From an uncultured Desulfurococcales archaeon (GTDB lineage Archaea; Thermoproteota; Thermoprotei_A; EX4484-217-1), in the NCBI GenBank assembly GCA_964564025.1, contig CAZLZO010000001.1, positions 16,348-80,347 on the forward strand: a stretch of DNA of 64,000 nucleotides. Direction: 5' to 3'. Of the stretch, positions 18,410 through 28,940 are shown one piece after another. Position 1 is the first letter of the stretch. Each line of letters begins with the position of its first letter. The notes beneath the pieces were generated by a model, which had not been told where the DNA came from, did not search any database, and saw only the letters and a program-made list of their open reading frames with translations. Made by a program: the position numbers and the translations under genes.

Positions 18410-20986
18410 TTAGCCTAAGATGCTTCTCCAGTACTCTATGTCCTCTTTAGTTAGCGGTAACGGTACTTCTACTTCACCGCTTCTTATTTTATCTTCAAGC
18501 TCCTTAATTGCTTGCCATATCCATTCTGGTTGTGCTTCTCTCATAGCCTTAACTTTCGCTTTAATATCCTCTGGGGGCATGGGTAGTATCTTCTTTCCGG
18601 TCATTTTCTCTGCTTCAATACCCATCTGTATGAATTCATCTAAATCATCAAGTGTACTTACAGATATGCCCTCCATTAACTCACCATCAACTTTGGTACC
18701 AATACCTAATAAGAGAACTCCTTCATTTCTTTCAACGATCTCTCTAAACTTACCATCTAAAACTAATTTTGTAGCGTAGTATACTCCCTTATCCACTCTC
18801 TTCATCATGCTTGCAATTACGAATCCTGGATTAATCCAGTCTTGATCTGCATCAACACCTATCCAGAACGGTGGTCCCATATCTAGTCCTTTCTCTTTAG
18901 CTATCTCTTCAACTGCTTGGTTAATTCCTAATCCTAAAGGTCCTGCAACGTTATATACTGCTATTGCTCCTTTAGCATACATTTCCTTGGCCGCTTCGTA
19001 ACCCTTAGTTATATCACTAAACGTTCCAGTATATGTCCATAAGACTCTGTCTTTAACATCTAGTGATAATATGTTGTTCGGGTTCTTAGATTTCTTCTCG
19101 TATTCTTCGGGGAAGTGTTCTTTATACCATTTGAGTGCCCAATCACAGCCCCACTTATATCCTACTTCGAACTTCCATAGTACAGGTATTTCGATACCTA
19201 ATACCATACCTACATGTGGGTAGTCATAGTGTGCAGCTAGCAAGCATCCTAATGCTCCAACTAAGGCGCTTCCCTTATGTTCTTCGAACTTAATGTCTAA
19301 CATGTTTGGTAAGTAGTGCCCTAATTTCTCTTTAGCTAGTGCTTGAGTGTAGGTGTCTATACCTGCAAAGTTTTTGTCAGGGAATTCCTGCGCTACTTCA
19401 AGTAATGCATCGCTTAGTAGAAATCCTACGCCAACTATTAAAACTACGTCTGGGTCTTTAGCTGCAGCTCTTAGGTTTGGTAAGTAGTCTGCTTCGGTTT
19501 TACTTATAAGCTCAATTACCTCTACTCCGAAGTCTCTCTTTGCCTCATCTGCACCCTTAAATGCCATATCGTTGAATGATAGGTCTCCTCTTCCTCCAAT
19601 ATCCGAAACGACTGCTATCTTAACCTTTTTAGCAGGTGTTGTAGTTGGTGGAGCAGTTATTGCAGCATCAGGCATAGGTAACGGCGCACCTGTTTCTTCA
19701 AAGAGCTTCATTAGCTGTGGCCCTAGTTCGCTTGTAACAGTTTTAATATCCTCGTTGTTTAAGACTATTCTTTGAAACGCTGTTAAGTATACGTTCTTGA
19801 AGTCTCCTCCTTTAGCTCCAAGGCTTGGAATTAAAGCTACTAATGCGTCTGGTGTTGCAAGCTGCGTTCCAACACCTGCTGCAAGTATTCTTAATGGTCC
19901 CTCAGGTACGGCAGCCGAAGCCTCCTGTACTGATGGGAAGAATCCTACGTTCTCTAATACTTTAACTTGTGTTTCAGGTCTCGTTAGGTATTCTATTAGC
20001 TTCCATGCTGCATCCTGGTTAGGCGCACCCTTGGGTATAGCTAATCCGGCAATTACTAATATGAAGCCTCTACCTTTAGGTCCAGCGGGTATAGGTACTA
20101 CCACGAAATCTTCAGGTCTGTTAACTATTGCATCCTTTATTCTAGCTGTGTGATCCCATGCAACCCAAACTTCCTCCTTAAGTAATGGGTCTGCCATAGC
20201 ATCCCATGTGGTGCTGCTTGGATGTACATATTTCCATAATTCCCTTAGGAATTCCCATAGTTTTGTAGCATCATCGCTTGCAAAGTTTTTAACTTGTGCC
20301 CCAGTGAATGCTGGGTAAAGGTATCCATGTAGGAATCTTACAAATAGCCCCTTAGGGCCAGCTGGGAAACCTACTTTAGGACTACCTGTTTCCTCATATA
20401 ATTTCTTAGCCCATGCAAGAAACGCTTCATAAGTCCACTTAGAGGATCCTGATAAAATGTCGTCTTTAGTTAATCCTTCAGGCAAGTAGTCAAAAGCTTT
20501 CTTATTGACTACCATAACATATGTTGCAGTCATCCATGGCACATAAGCCTTAATTCCGTATAGATGGCTGTAGTCCTCTAAAACCTTGGGGAATGTTCTT
20601 CCACTTAATGTACCGAACTTGCTTAAGTCCTCAAGCCATCCTTTAGAAGCAAAGAAGTCTAATCCTCCATGAAGTTCTCCTATAACGCTTATTGTCACTT
20701 TTCCTGCTTTCTCCTCTGATTCAAGCCTTGTAGCTAAGTCTTCATAGGATGATGCAACGAATTCTACTTCAATACCTGATTCCTCCTTAAACTCCTTCAG
20801 CAACGCATCCTTTACAAACGCTTGTTCCTCAGGCGGGTTTAACTGTGTTGAAACCCAAATAATCTTCTTTGCAGGCGGTGCTGGAGCCATCATCATAGCT
20901 GCACCAGCGATGACAGCTACGATAACTATTGCAGCTATGATTATTGCAGCCGTTTTAGAAATAGCTTTAGAATGCATAATATGCAC
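18410..20986 (-). CDS. membrane-anchored fusion of two solute-binding proteins (N-terminal SBP family-1-like + C-terminal BMP/PnrA-like nucleoside-binding domain)
   Basis: 858 aa. N-terminal TM anchor 'AAIIIAAIVIVAVIAGAAMMMA'. First half resembles sugar-type SBP_bac_1. T/P-rich linker 'PMPDAAITAPPTTTPAKK'. Second half 'KIAVVSDIGGRGDLSFNDMAFKGADEA...VGVGFLLSDAL' is BMP-family. Confidence 0.6.
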   Translation of the reverse strand: MHIMHSKAISKTAAIIIAAIVIVAVIAGAAMMMAPAPPAKKIIWVSTQLNPPEEQAFVKDALLKEFKEESGIEVEFVASSYEDLATRLESEEKAGKVTISVIGELHGGLDFFASKGWLEDLSKFGTLSGRTFPKVLEDYSHLYGIKAYVPWMTATYVMVVNKKAFDYLPEGLTKDDILSGSSKWTYEAFLAWAKKLYEETGSPKVGFPAGPKGLFVRFLHGYLYPAFTGAQVKNFASDDATKLWEFLRELWKYVHPSSTTWDAMADPLLKEEVWVAWDHTARIKDAIVNRPEDFVVVPIPAGPKGRGFILVIAGLAIPKGAPNQDAAWKLIEYLTRPETQVKVLENVGFFPSVQEASAAVPEGPLRILAAGVGTQLATPDALVALIPSLGAKGGDFKNVYLTAFQRIVLNNEDIKTVTSELGPQLMKLFEETGAPLPMPDAAITAPPTTTPAKKVKIAVVSDIGGRGDLSFNDMAFKGADEAKRDFGVEVIELISKTEADYLPNLRAAAKDPDVVLIVGVGFLLSDALLEVAQEFPDKNFAGIDTYTQALAKEKLGHYLPNMLDIKFEEHKGSALVGALGCLLAAHYDYPHVGMVLGIEIPVLWKFEVGYKWGCDWALKWYKEHFPEEYEKKSKNPNNILSLDVKDRVLWTYTGTFSDITKGYEAAKEMYAKGAIAVYNVAGPLGLGINQAVEEIAKEKGLDMGPPFWIGVDADQDWINPGFVIASMMKRVDKGVYYATKLVLDGKFREIVERNEGVLLLGIGTKVDGELMEGISVSTLDDLDEFIQMGIEAEKMTGKKILPMPPEDIKAKVKAMREAQPEWIWQAIKELEDKIRSGEVEVPLPLTKEDIEYWRSILG

Positions 20987-21091
20987 CCTTCTTAAACCAC
21001 GATAATTAATTTGTTTCTGAATTTATTATTTCGTTCGATACTTAAAAATTTTAACTAAAGCATTAGCAGCTTATACTCTTATAAACCCCGG

Positions 21092-21769
21092 TTGCACCGA
21101 TACTACAGTATGTCTGGGTTACTAATCGAAATTTACGCGGACCCCAAAGTTCATGGAGAAATAAGAAATACTTTAAAGAAAATACCTAGTCTAGGAAATA
21201 CTGTAGTTAAGATTATTGGAAGGAAAGTGAAAAGCGATCTTTTTTACGCGGAAAATGAAATAGTGAAGAAAAACAGGTATGAAGTTTTTATAATAAACAT
21301 TTCAGATATTGTTCCTAAATCCCTTATTAGAGATGTTGTAAATATTGAACTACATAAAGCCATACTTTATTTCAAAAACGAAGCTGTTAAAGCATTTAGG
21401 TGGCATGCAGGAAAAATATTCTATGACGTAGCTGAGACGCTGCTTGAAAGAAGCATATATGCTAAGCTTGTTGACACAGTTGAAAATGCTGCTGTAACTA
21501 AATTTAATCCCGATCTGTCTAGCGCTTTCTTAAATATTTTCTTAGAAAACGAAGTTTACGATAACATATTAGACTACATAATTTCACAATCAATGTTAGT
21601 ACCAGTTATTACAGGAAACTATGTTGTAGCTAGAAACCCTGATGATGCTGAAGCTTTAGCACTACTACTCTCATCATATGGTGAAGAAATGGTTAATAAA
21701 CCAATTAAGGAGAAAGGTATTGAAGTAGCAGAGGAGCTATATTATTTAACAAAAACTCTCATAAACTAA
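21092..21769 (+). CDS. hypothetical protein
   Basis: 225 aa. No motif recognised. Confidence 0.3.
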   Translation: MHRYYSMSGLLIEIYADPKVHGEIRNTLKKIPSLGNTVVKIIGRKVKSDLFYAENEIVKKNRYEVFIINISDIVPKSLIRDVVNIELHKAILYFKNEAVKAFRWHAGKIFYDVAETLLERSIYAKLVDTVENAAVTKFNPDLSSAFLNIFLENEVYDNILDYIISQSMLVPVITGNYVVARNPDDAEALALLLSSYGEEMVNKPIKEKGIEVAEELYYLTKTLIN

Positions 21770-21906
21770 TTTTTAAACTCCTTAATTAACAAGTATATTG
21801 GAAAATAAATCTTAATAGCTACTTAAGACAAATGGAAAGCACTAGGTATGTTGAAGTAAGAAGAATAATAGACTTAGGATTTTAATTTTAATTGAGAAAT
21901 ATTGTG

Positions 21907-23244
21907 TTAAACCCAAATCTTAACTAATTTCTCATATCTTAGCCTATATAGAATGTACAGTATTGTACCTTTTAAGTAAACATCAGTAAACATACCTATC
22001 CATGCACCAATAGCTCCTAAGCCTAAGAAAGCTCCTAAAATGTATCCTAAAGTCAATCTCGCAGCAATCATTGAAACTATGTTTACAACAGTAGGTACTA
22101 TAGTGTTTCCGCTTCCCTCAAAAACCCCGGAGACTGTCATTACTAAGCTTAATCCTGGCTCGCTTGTTCCTGCAAGAATAAGGTATATCATAGCTAACCT
22201 TATAACTTCTTCATTATCAACAAAAGCTCTTGGAACATAGGGGGATATTAATGCCAATGTTAGCCCTACAATTGTGAGAAATATTAGCGAAAGCCTTATT
22301 CCTGCTTCAGCAATTTCCTTAGCCTTCTCTACTCTTTTAGCTCCAACTTCATGACCTACAAGAGCTGATGTAGCTATTCTAAAAGCCATAGCCGGCATGA
22401 AAGCTAAGCTCTCTATCCTCAAACCTATTTGATGAGCTGCTAAAGCAACATAGCCAAACCTAGCTATCATTGAAACATAAACGAGACTTAACATTGAAAG
22501 CGATGCTCTCTGGAAGGAAATAGGCAAGCCTAGTTTAAACACTTTAGAAATAATTGCCTTCGTAGGGAAACCTATCCTAGGGGTTATAATTAACGCTCCT
22601 TTAAAACCCATAGCTAAATAAATTGCAAGTACGAAGTAAAAGGAAGCAGCTGAAGCTAAACCTGCACCAAAAATTCCGAGCTTAGGTAGGCCAAATAATC
22701 CAAATATTAATAGAGGATCCATGATCATGTTAAATATGTTCCCCAAAATACCTGTTTTCATAGGTGTTTTAGTGTCTTTAGCTCCTCTTAAAGCAGAATT
22801 CACCGTAAAAACAATATACATTCCTGGCAGTCCAAGTAAGCGTGCGGTGAGGTAGAGAACCCCTTTAGAAGTGACTTCAGGATCCACAACAACTATTCCA
22901 ACAATGTCTTCAGCAAAAGCAATGCCCATGATTGCAGCTAAGAAACTAATGATTAATGTTACAGTTAATGCTTCGCCAAAAACTCTTTTTGCAAAACTCT
23001 TCTTACCCGCACCTAATCCTTGAGCGACTAAAACCATAACACCGGTTGTAAAGGTAAATCCAGGTATCCAAAAAGCCCATGCAATATAGCCAGCACCGCC
23101 TAGAGCAGCTACTTCAGCAACACCTAATTTAGATACGAAGAATGTGTCAACTAGGGTGTAGAGGCTTGTTAAGAAATACTCTATAAGGGCTGGCCAAGCG
23201 AGTTTAAAAACCTTTTTAGCAAGCTCCATATTAACTACTTGCAA
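21907..23244 (-). CDS. MATE family efflux transporter
   Basis: 445 aa, 12 TM. MATE-type duplicated architecture. Confidence 0.8.
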   Translation of the reverse strand: MQVVNMELAKKVFKLAWPALIEYFLTSLYTLVDTFFVSKLGVAEVAALGGAGYIAWAFWIPGFTFTTGVMVLVAQGLGAGKKSFAKRVFGEALTVTLIISFLAAIMGIAFAEDIVGIVVVDPEVTSKGVLYLTARLLGLPGMYIVFTVNSALRGAKDTKTPMKTGILGNIFNMIMDPLLIFGLFGLPKLGIFGAGLASAASFYFVLAIYLAMGFKGALIITPRIGFPTKAIISKVFKLGLPISFQRASLSMLSLVYVSMIARFGYVALAAHQIGLRIESLAFMPAMAFRIATSALVGHEVGAKRVEKAKEIAEAGIRLSLIFLTIVGLTLALISPYVPRAFVDNEEVIRLAMIYLILAGTSEPGLSLVMTVSGVFEGSGNTIVPTVVNIVSMIAARLTLGYILGAFLGLGAIGAWIGMFTDVYLKGTILYILYRLRYEKLVKIWV

Positions 23245-23294
23245 TTCTACGTTAGCCCTCGCTTTCGCTAAATACTGTTCCTTAGTGTTGGTAT

Positions 23295-26200
23295 GTGGAA
23301 ACGTTTTATAACATTTATTGTTTCATAAGTGGTAGTGGAGGTTTAGAAAAAAGGGTATTGCTAATGAAAATAACAGATTCCTCAATAATTCTCGAAAATT
23401 TAGGTTACGACTATGTAGTATTTAAAGAGGAAGCTGTTAAACCGGATATTTCAAACATATCTTTCAAGGATATAATACCTGAATTAGCGAATTCTTCAGG
23501 AAGGGCAGGTGGAATAGCTTCAAAAAAACTGTACAAACACCAAATTGAAGCTTTAAATGCTTTAGAAAAAGGAGCAAATGTAATATTAATTTCAGGTACT
23601 GGAAGCGGTAAAACAGAGGCATGGGCTTTTTATTCTTTAAAGAATAAGGTTAAAACTTTAGTCATTTATCCTACCTTGGCTCTTTCAGCCGATCAAATAG
23701 AGAGATTAGAGGATTACTATAATGCATTAAAGCTTAAAGATAAAGTTTTCGAAGTTGATAGAGCAACTATATCGAATTTAGTGAAGATTAAAGGTTTAGA
23801 GTATGTTAAGAGAAGATTATATGAAAGCCTACTGATAATATCTAACCCAGCATTCCTCATGCAAGACCTTAAGAGATTTGTTTCCAGAAAGTCAAAGGCA
23901 TTCCTACACGATTTCCTTAAAGACATGGAGCTTTTCGTAATAGATGAACTGGATTTTTACGGATCAAAAGGAGCAACACTCATTATGACCATGGCTGAAC
24001 TTATAGTTAACTACATATCAAAAAGAAAACCACAAATAGTTGTTTTAACAGCGACACTGGGTAATCCGGAAGAACTGGCATATCATTTATCGAAGCTTAA
24101 CGGCAGAGAAACAGTGGTAATAAGGGGAAAGCCTTTTCGAGTTGAAAATAGAAGTTATTTGCTTATAGGAAAGAATTTGGAGAAACTATGGGAATCCTTA
24201 GTCAATATGAAAGATGAAATTTCCCGGAGAACTCCTGAAATTCTTGAGTTTATTGAAGATTATGAGGTTTTTAGAAGATACGCCTACAAAGTTGTTGAAA
24301 TCTTAAGATCCTACGGAATATATGTTCCAACACCAGCACCCGACATTGTAGAGTTGCTTTTAAACTACATTAATTCGAACGAAGAAGGGGTAACATTAGT
24401 TTTCACTAGAAGTATAAGGTCTGCTGAAAAACTTGCTAAAACAATTAAGTCGAAACTTCCTCTGGTTAAACAAGATCTCGTTAGAACACACCATCACTTA
24501 ATTTCTAAGTCTGAAAGAAGAGAAATTGAAGAGCTTGCTAGGCAGGGATTATTAAGAATCATTGTTTCACCTAGAACATTAACTCAAGGAATAGATATAG
24601 GTACTGTTGTTAGAATAGTTCATTACGGCCTGCCAATGGATGTTAGAGAATTTAGGCAAAGAGAAGGTAGGAAGGGTAGGAGAGTAGAAATTCCATTTAC
24701 AGAATCAATAATAGTCCCTGTTTCAGCATGGGATAGAAAACTTATTGAAGCAGGTATTGATACATTTAAGGAATGGATGAATTTACCGCTAGAAAAAGTG
24801 TTCTTCAATCCTAAAAACAAGTATGCACTTATGTTTAAAGCTCTATTCAAAATTAAAGCTGGAATTAAACTTAGCAGGGAAGAAACCAGTTTACTTAAGA
24901 GTCTAGGTTTAGTTAAGCTTGAAACTAAAATTTTCGGAAAAGAATACGGGCTGTCAAAGGATGGAGAGAGAGTATGGGAAAACCTAGGATTTTACGAATA
25001 TGGCCCACCTTACGGTATTAAAAGAGTAATCATTTCTAAAGATGGTGAAGAAAGATTTCTTGAAGAAGTTTCGAGAAGAGACTTCGTTGAAAAACTGCAG
25101 CCAGGATGTTTTGACCCTACAAGCGACAGCATAGTTGTTGACGCTAAGGGTGCTAGGGTTATTGTTGAAAAAGGTTTTCCATTAGCAGTTAATGAGCATG
25201 AAGAAATAAGGAATGCTTATGAAGAATACACGTTTATTAAGCGAAGTAAATGGGGTGAAAGAGCAGATTTAAAAAGCGACTACTATTCAGGAAAGATTTT
25301 CTCACAAATAACAATACATGTTAACGTACCAACCAACGGCTTCGGACAACTCATAGAATACCCTGACAAGGTAGAGTGGATTATAGAGTCTAGAACACCT
25401 AAAGCTATTAAATCAAAATCGGGAATTAGACTAATTTATGATGTAGAAAAAGTGCCTTTAAAAGTAAAGACTTATGGTAGATACTATGATTACACTTACG
25501 GATACCTTTACGAATTAGACCCTTCCGAAGACGTAGAAATGTTAAGATTAGGCTTAGCTTACCTTATGGTTTCACTTAGGCTTTCAGAATATAGGGTGCC
25601 TTTAGGGGAAATAGCTTACTATGTGTCCCCAATAGAGTACCCGGTTAAAGTCATGGTTCTCTGGGAACCTGAACCTTCAGGAATAATAGACATGCTGGAA
25701 TGGTGCAAGGTGAGAAAGTTTATTGAAGAACATGAACCAACGGGACTAGATGAAATACTACTGTGGGCAATAGATTACGAAGCAGCTCAGCAAACAATAT
25801 TAAAAGACATTAGCTGGAATGTTCTTAAAAAACATGCTTTAAAAGCCTTAAACTACATTGAAGGAATAGTTGAAATATCGCTGAAAAGCTACGGTAAAAT
25901 TGAAATACCGAAACCTAAGCGTGAACTTAAACTATTGTCTATTGAAATAATGCCCTTTAGTAGGGATGAAGGTGAAAACTACTACGCTATATCAATATTT
26001 GATGGGGAGAATTCGGAAACCTTTGTTGCTGAAGTTTCCCAGAAGAAAATAGACCAAGAAGTTCTTGAAAAAATCGCTTCTAAACTTTCAAAGTTTCTCG
26101 ATGAAAACTTCAAATTACTTCATTACTCAAGGACTAAAGAAATTTATGGATTAAGAAGTTACTCAACGCTTTTAAGGCTTGTCTTAAGGGAATTTGAATT

Positions 26201-26483
26201 AACGAATAAACTCATTGACGTACTTGAAGAAGTGAAGGATGTTTTTAAAGTAGAGGAAGCTCCATTAGAAAAAATTGAAAGTGTTTTGGGAATTAATGGC
26301 TGGAGAAAAGTGAGCTTATTGGAAGTTAGAGATTACATTATGAAAGCTAAGAAATATAGGAAATACCTTAGTGAACTCCTCAAGCTTCTAAGAGAATATG
26401 CTGAAGCAAACGCGAAAACTATTTACATGCTGCATTTAATAGCGAATGCCTACAAATCTAAGAATACTGTTTCCTCAGCCTAG
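23295..26483 (+). CDS. SF2 (DExD/H-like, YprA/COG1205-like) helicase with ~590-aa uncharacterised C-terminal region
   Basis: 1062 aa. Motif I 'SGTGSGKTEAW', Ia 'YPTLALSADQ', II 'VIDELDFY', III 'LTATLGN', VI 'QREGRKGRR'. No Cys cluster or other known domain after residue ~470. Possible alternative start at 23364 (MKITD). Confidence 0.7.
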   Translation: METFYNIYCFISGSGGLEKRVLLMKITDSSIILENLGYDYVVFKEEAVKPDISNISFKDIIPELANSSGRAGGIASKKLYKHQIEALNALEKGANVILISGTGSGKTEAWAFYSLKNKVKTLVIYPTLALSADQIERLEDYYNALKLKDKVFEVDRATISNLVKIKGLEYVKRRLYESLLIISNPAFLMQDLKRFVSRKSKAFLHDFLKDMELFVIDELDFYGSKGATLIMTMAELIVNYISKRKPQIVVLTATLGNPEELAYHLSKLNGRETVVIRGKPFRVENRSYLLIGKNLEKLWESLVNMKDEISRRTPEILEFIEDYEVFRRYAYKVVEILRSYGIYVPTPAPDIVELLLNYINSNEEGVTLVFTRSIRSAEKLAKTIKSKLPLVKQDLVRTHHHLISKSERREIEELARQGLLRIIVSPRTLTQGIDIGTVVRIVHYGLPMDVREFRQREGRKGRRVEIPFTESIIVPVSAWDRKLIEAGIDTFKEWMNLPLEKVFFNPKNKYALMFKALFKIKAGIKLSREETSLLKSLGLVKLETKIFGKEYGLSKDGERVWENLGFYEYGPPYGIKRVIISKDGEERFLEEVSRRDFVEKLQPGCFDPTSDSIVVDAKGARVIVEKGFPLAVNEHEEIRNAYEEYTFIKRSKWGERADLKSDYYSGKIFSQITIHVNVPTNGFGQLIEYPDKVEWIIESRTPKAIKSKSGIRLIYDVEKVPLKVKTYGRYYDYTYGYLYELDPSEDVEMLRLGLAYLMVSLRLSEYRVPLGEIAYYVSPIEYPVKVMVLWEPEPSGIIDMLEWCKVRKFIEEHEPTGLDEILLWAIDYEAAQQTILKDISWNVLKKHALKALNYIEGIVEISLKSYGKIEIPKPKRELKLLSIEIMPFSRDEGENYYAISIFDGENSETFVAEVSQKKIDQEVLEKIASKLSKFLDENFKLLHYSRTKEIYGLRSYSTLLRLVLREFELTNKLIDVLEEVKDVFKVEEAPLEKIESVLGINGWRKVSLLEVRDYIMKAKKYRKYLSELLKLLREYAEANAKTIYMLHLIANAYKSKNTVSSA

Positions 26484-27648
26484 TTGCTACCGTTAATATT
26501 ACGAAGATTTGAATCGTAGATAAAGCCATTATAGCGGGTATGTAAGTGCCTATGATATCGTAAACCACGTTTGAAACAAAGGATCCTAAAAGGGATCCTA
26601 AAACAGAGGAAGATAAGATGGCTCCATAAACCTGACTTATCCTTGATGTTCCAAAGACCTCAGTTGTTAGTTTAGGAAATATTGTGAATAGGGAACCATG
26701 CCCTAAACCTGCTATAAATGTTGAAACAAATATTACATAGGGAAATACGGGAGGCAAAATCATTAGTGCTATAGCGTTTAAGGAGTGATAAATTACTGTA
26801 AATACCAGTACTTTTTCTGCATTGAAAATGTCACTTAAAGCTCCGCTAACAAACCTTCCTAAGGAGTTCCCTAATGCAAAAAACGTTATTGGTAATGTGG
26901 CAAGCATTTCATTAGCTAAAAACTCTTTAGCATAAGGCTTCAAGAAACTTGAAATGGCAAAACCTATTGATGACGTTAATGCCATGAGAAACCATAGTCT
27001 GTGAATTCTTCTATCACGAAATATCTTTAGTAAAGACCCTACATAATCTACTTTATACCTTTCACTCGTATTTGGAAAAGCAAGCACAGGTAAAGCTAAT
27101 GAGAAACCTATAAGCCCTAACATTGTAAAGGCTTGTTTTAAACCGTAAACGTCAATAACATATGATATTAGAGGGCCAAAGAATCCTGCTGAAAGGCCAA
27201 AACCAGCAATAACAAACCCTAATGCGCTTCCAATTTTCCTAAAACCACTCCTAGTAATAGCTGCAATATTTGACATGTAAAGAATACCTGAGCCTAAACC
27301 CACAAGTAACCCGTAGAAAACATAGTATTCTATAAGTGTCCTTTGAAAAACCATTAATGTAAAGCCTGAACCTAAAAGAAAAACCCCTATGAGCCCAAGT
27401 TTCCTAGGACCGTAAGCGTCTATGTAGTAACCTAAGAATAAACCCGTAACGTTAAGTACCGAGATAGATATTGTTAAACCTAAAGCTATTTCAGATCTAG
27501 ACCATCCATAAGCTTCTTGAAGAGGTATTACAAAAACACTAAAAGCATACTGCAACCCTATTGCTAAATTAACTGTAAAACATGCTAAAGCTACAATATA
27601 TCTTCTCATCATCCATAAATCATCTCCTGTAGGCGCCGCCAACAACAT
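26458..27648 (-). CDS. MFS transporter
   Basis: 396 aa, 12 TM. Convergent with the helicase gene, overlapping its 3' end by 26 bp. Confidence 0.75.
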   Translation of the reverse strand: MLLAAPTGDDLWMMRRYIVALACFTVNLAIGLQYAFSVFVIPLQEAYGWSRSEIALGLTISISVLNVTGLFLGYYIDAYGPRKLGLIGVFLLGSGFTLMVFQRTLIEYYVFYGLLVGLGSGILYMSNIAAITRSGFRKIGSALGFVIAGFGLSAGFFGPLISYVIDVYGLKQAFTMLGLIGFSLALPVLAFPNTSERYKVDYVGSLLKIFRDRRIHRLWFLMALTSSIGFAISSFLKPYAKEFLANEMLATLPITFFALGNSLGRFVSGALSDIFNAEKVLVFTVIYHSLNAIALMILPPVFPYVIFVSTFIAGLGHGSLFTIFPKLTTEVFGTSRISQVYGAILSSSVLGSLLGSFVSNVVYDIIGTYIPAIMALSTIQIFVILTVATRLRKQYS

Positions 27649-27806
27649 GCCGAATCAATATTGTTCAACACAGCTTAGTCTTAAAGAATTAGGTACTAAT
27701 AAAAATATATTGCTGTAAACTATTCTATCGAAATGTACGTTAGTAGATACATAAAGAATTAACATTAGAGCTAATAAACACCAAGCACGTATGTTTTAAT
27801 CAATAA

Positions 27807-28871
27807 TTACGCATGAATAAGTATTAAGTCTTTCATTGTTCTTAATCCTGGCCTTAAATTAACTAGGTTCTTAACTATATTTAATATCATAGCTACTGTA
27901 GCGTGATCGCCAGGTATTCCATTACTAATCCATTTTATTACATGATTATCGCAAACTATTTCTATAATGTCTTTATCTTCCTGACCTACCGAAGCTATAA
28001 ATTTCACTTTCGCTTTTAACAAGCCACTTCTGTCATAGCCTTCCCCGTAACCCTCAATTCCCTTTACTTCTCCAGGCTTTATTTTAAAGAACTCTGTTTC
28101 TAAGTAAGTGTTTGAAATTAATGGTTGCTGTTTTTCAACAACATTAACTATGCCTAATCCAACAATTTCTGATAAAAGCATTAGTGATTCAGCATATCCT
28201 ACATGGCCTGTTATTTCACCTTTACTTAGTTTCTTAGCGAACTCTTCCGGAGTAAGGCCTAATCCTATTTTCTTTTGAAAACTAAACCTTCTTTTACTGG
28301 CATCTATGAACCTTGAAACACTTATCTCCTTAACCTTAGTGCATACTGAAGTTAGAAACGCTGGTAAGCTATCAAAAACGAATCCCGGATTAATTCCTGA
28401 ACCTATTACTATGACGTTTCTTTCTAAAGCTTCCCTATCCAGCTTTTCAGCTAAATCAGGGTATTTAAGCCACGGATAAGCTAGTGTTTCACATGTTGAA
28501 ACAACATGTGCACCATACTTTATAGCTAGCATTATTTGGTCGTAAACTTCATTCAAATAGGAACCTGTAGCATGAATTACAACATAGGGTTTCGCTTTTT
28601 CAAAAACATCCTCAGGATCTGATGAAACCTTTATTCCCAAAGGTTTTATTCCTAATACCTCTCCAATATCTTTACCAACTATTTCCTCATTAACGTCTAT
28701 TACGCCAGCTATTTCTAAAATACCAGTATTAATTATTTCCTTAGCTATCATTCTCCCTATATATCCGAAACCGTAAAGTACGGTTGTTCTCAATTTTCCA
28801 CATCCATATAATGTACTCTTATGAGTAATGTATTTAAACTCATATACTATAGAGTTTAAATATTTTTGCAA
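27807..28871 (-). CDS. NAD(P)-binding oxidoreductase, DapB-N (dihydrodipicolinate reductase-like) domain family
   Basis: 354 aa. Rossmann 'VLYGFGYIGRMIAKEI' about 30 aa after the ORF-track start, so the true start may be internal. Confidence 0.5.
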   Translation of the reverse strand: MQKYLNSIVYEFKYITHKSTLYGCGKLRTTVLYGFGYIGRMIAKEIINTGILEIAGVIDVNEEIVGKDIGEVLGIKPLGIKVSSDPEDVFEKAKPYVVIHATGSYLNEVYDQIMLAIKYGAHVVSTCETLAYPWLKYPDLAEKLDREALERNVIVIGSGINPGFVFDSLPAFLTSVCTKVKEISVSRFIDASKRRFSFQKKIGLGLTPEEFAKKLSKGEITGHVGYAESLMLLSEIVGLGIVNVVEKQQPLISNTYLETEFFKIKPGEVKGIEGYGEGYDRSGLLKAKVKFIASVGQEDKDIIEIVCDNHVIKWISNGIPGDHATVAMILNIVKNLVNLRPGLRTMKDLILIHA

Positions 28872-28940
28872 GGCTTCTAATTATAATATATAGAGGTTGG
28901 GAATATTAGAAAGCCAAATTCTAATGTTAGAAGGGAAGGT

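Noticed and set aside
18420-20153. Plus-strand ORFs (119, 67, 118 aa) within the 858-aa SBP gene
   Set aside because: Antisense to a well-supported long CDS. No motifs.
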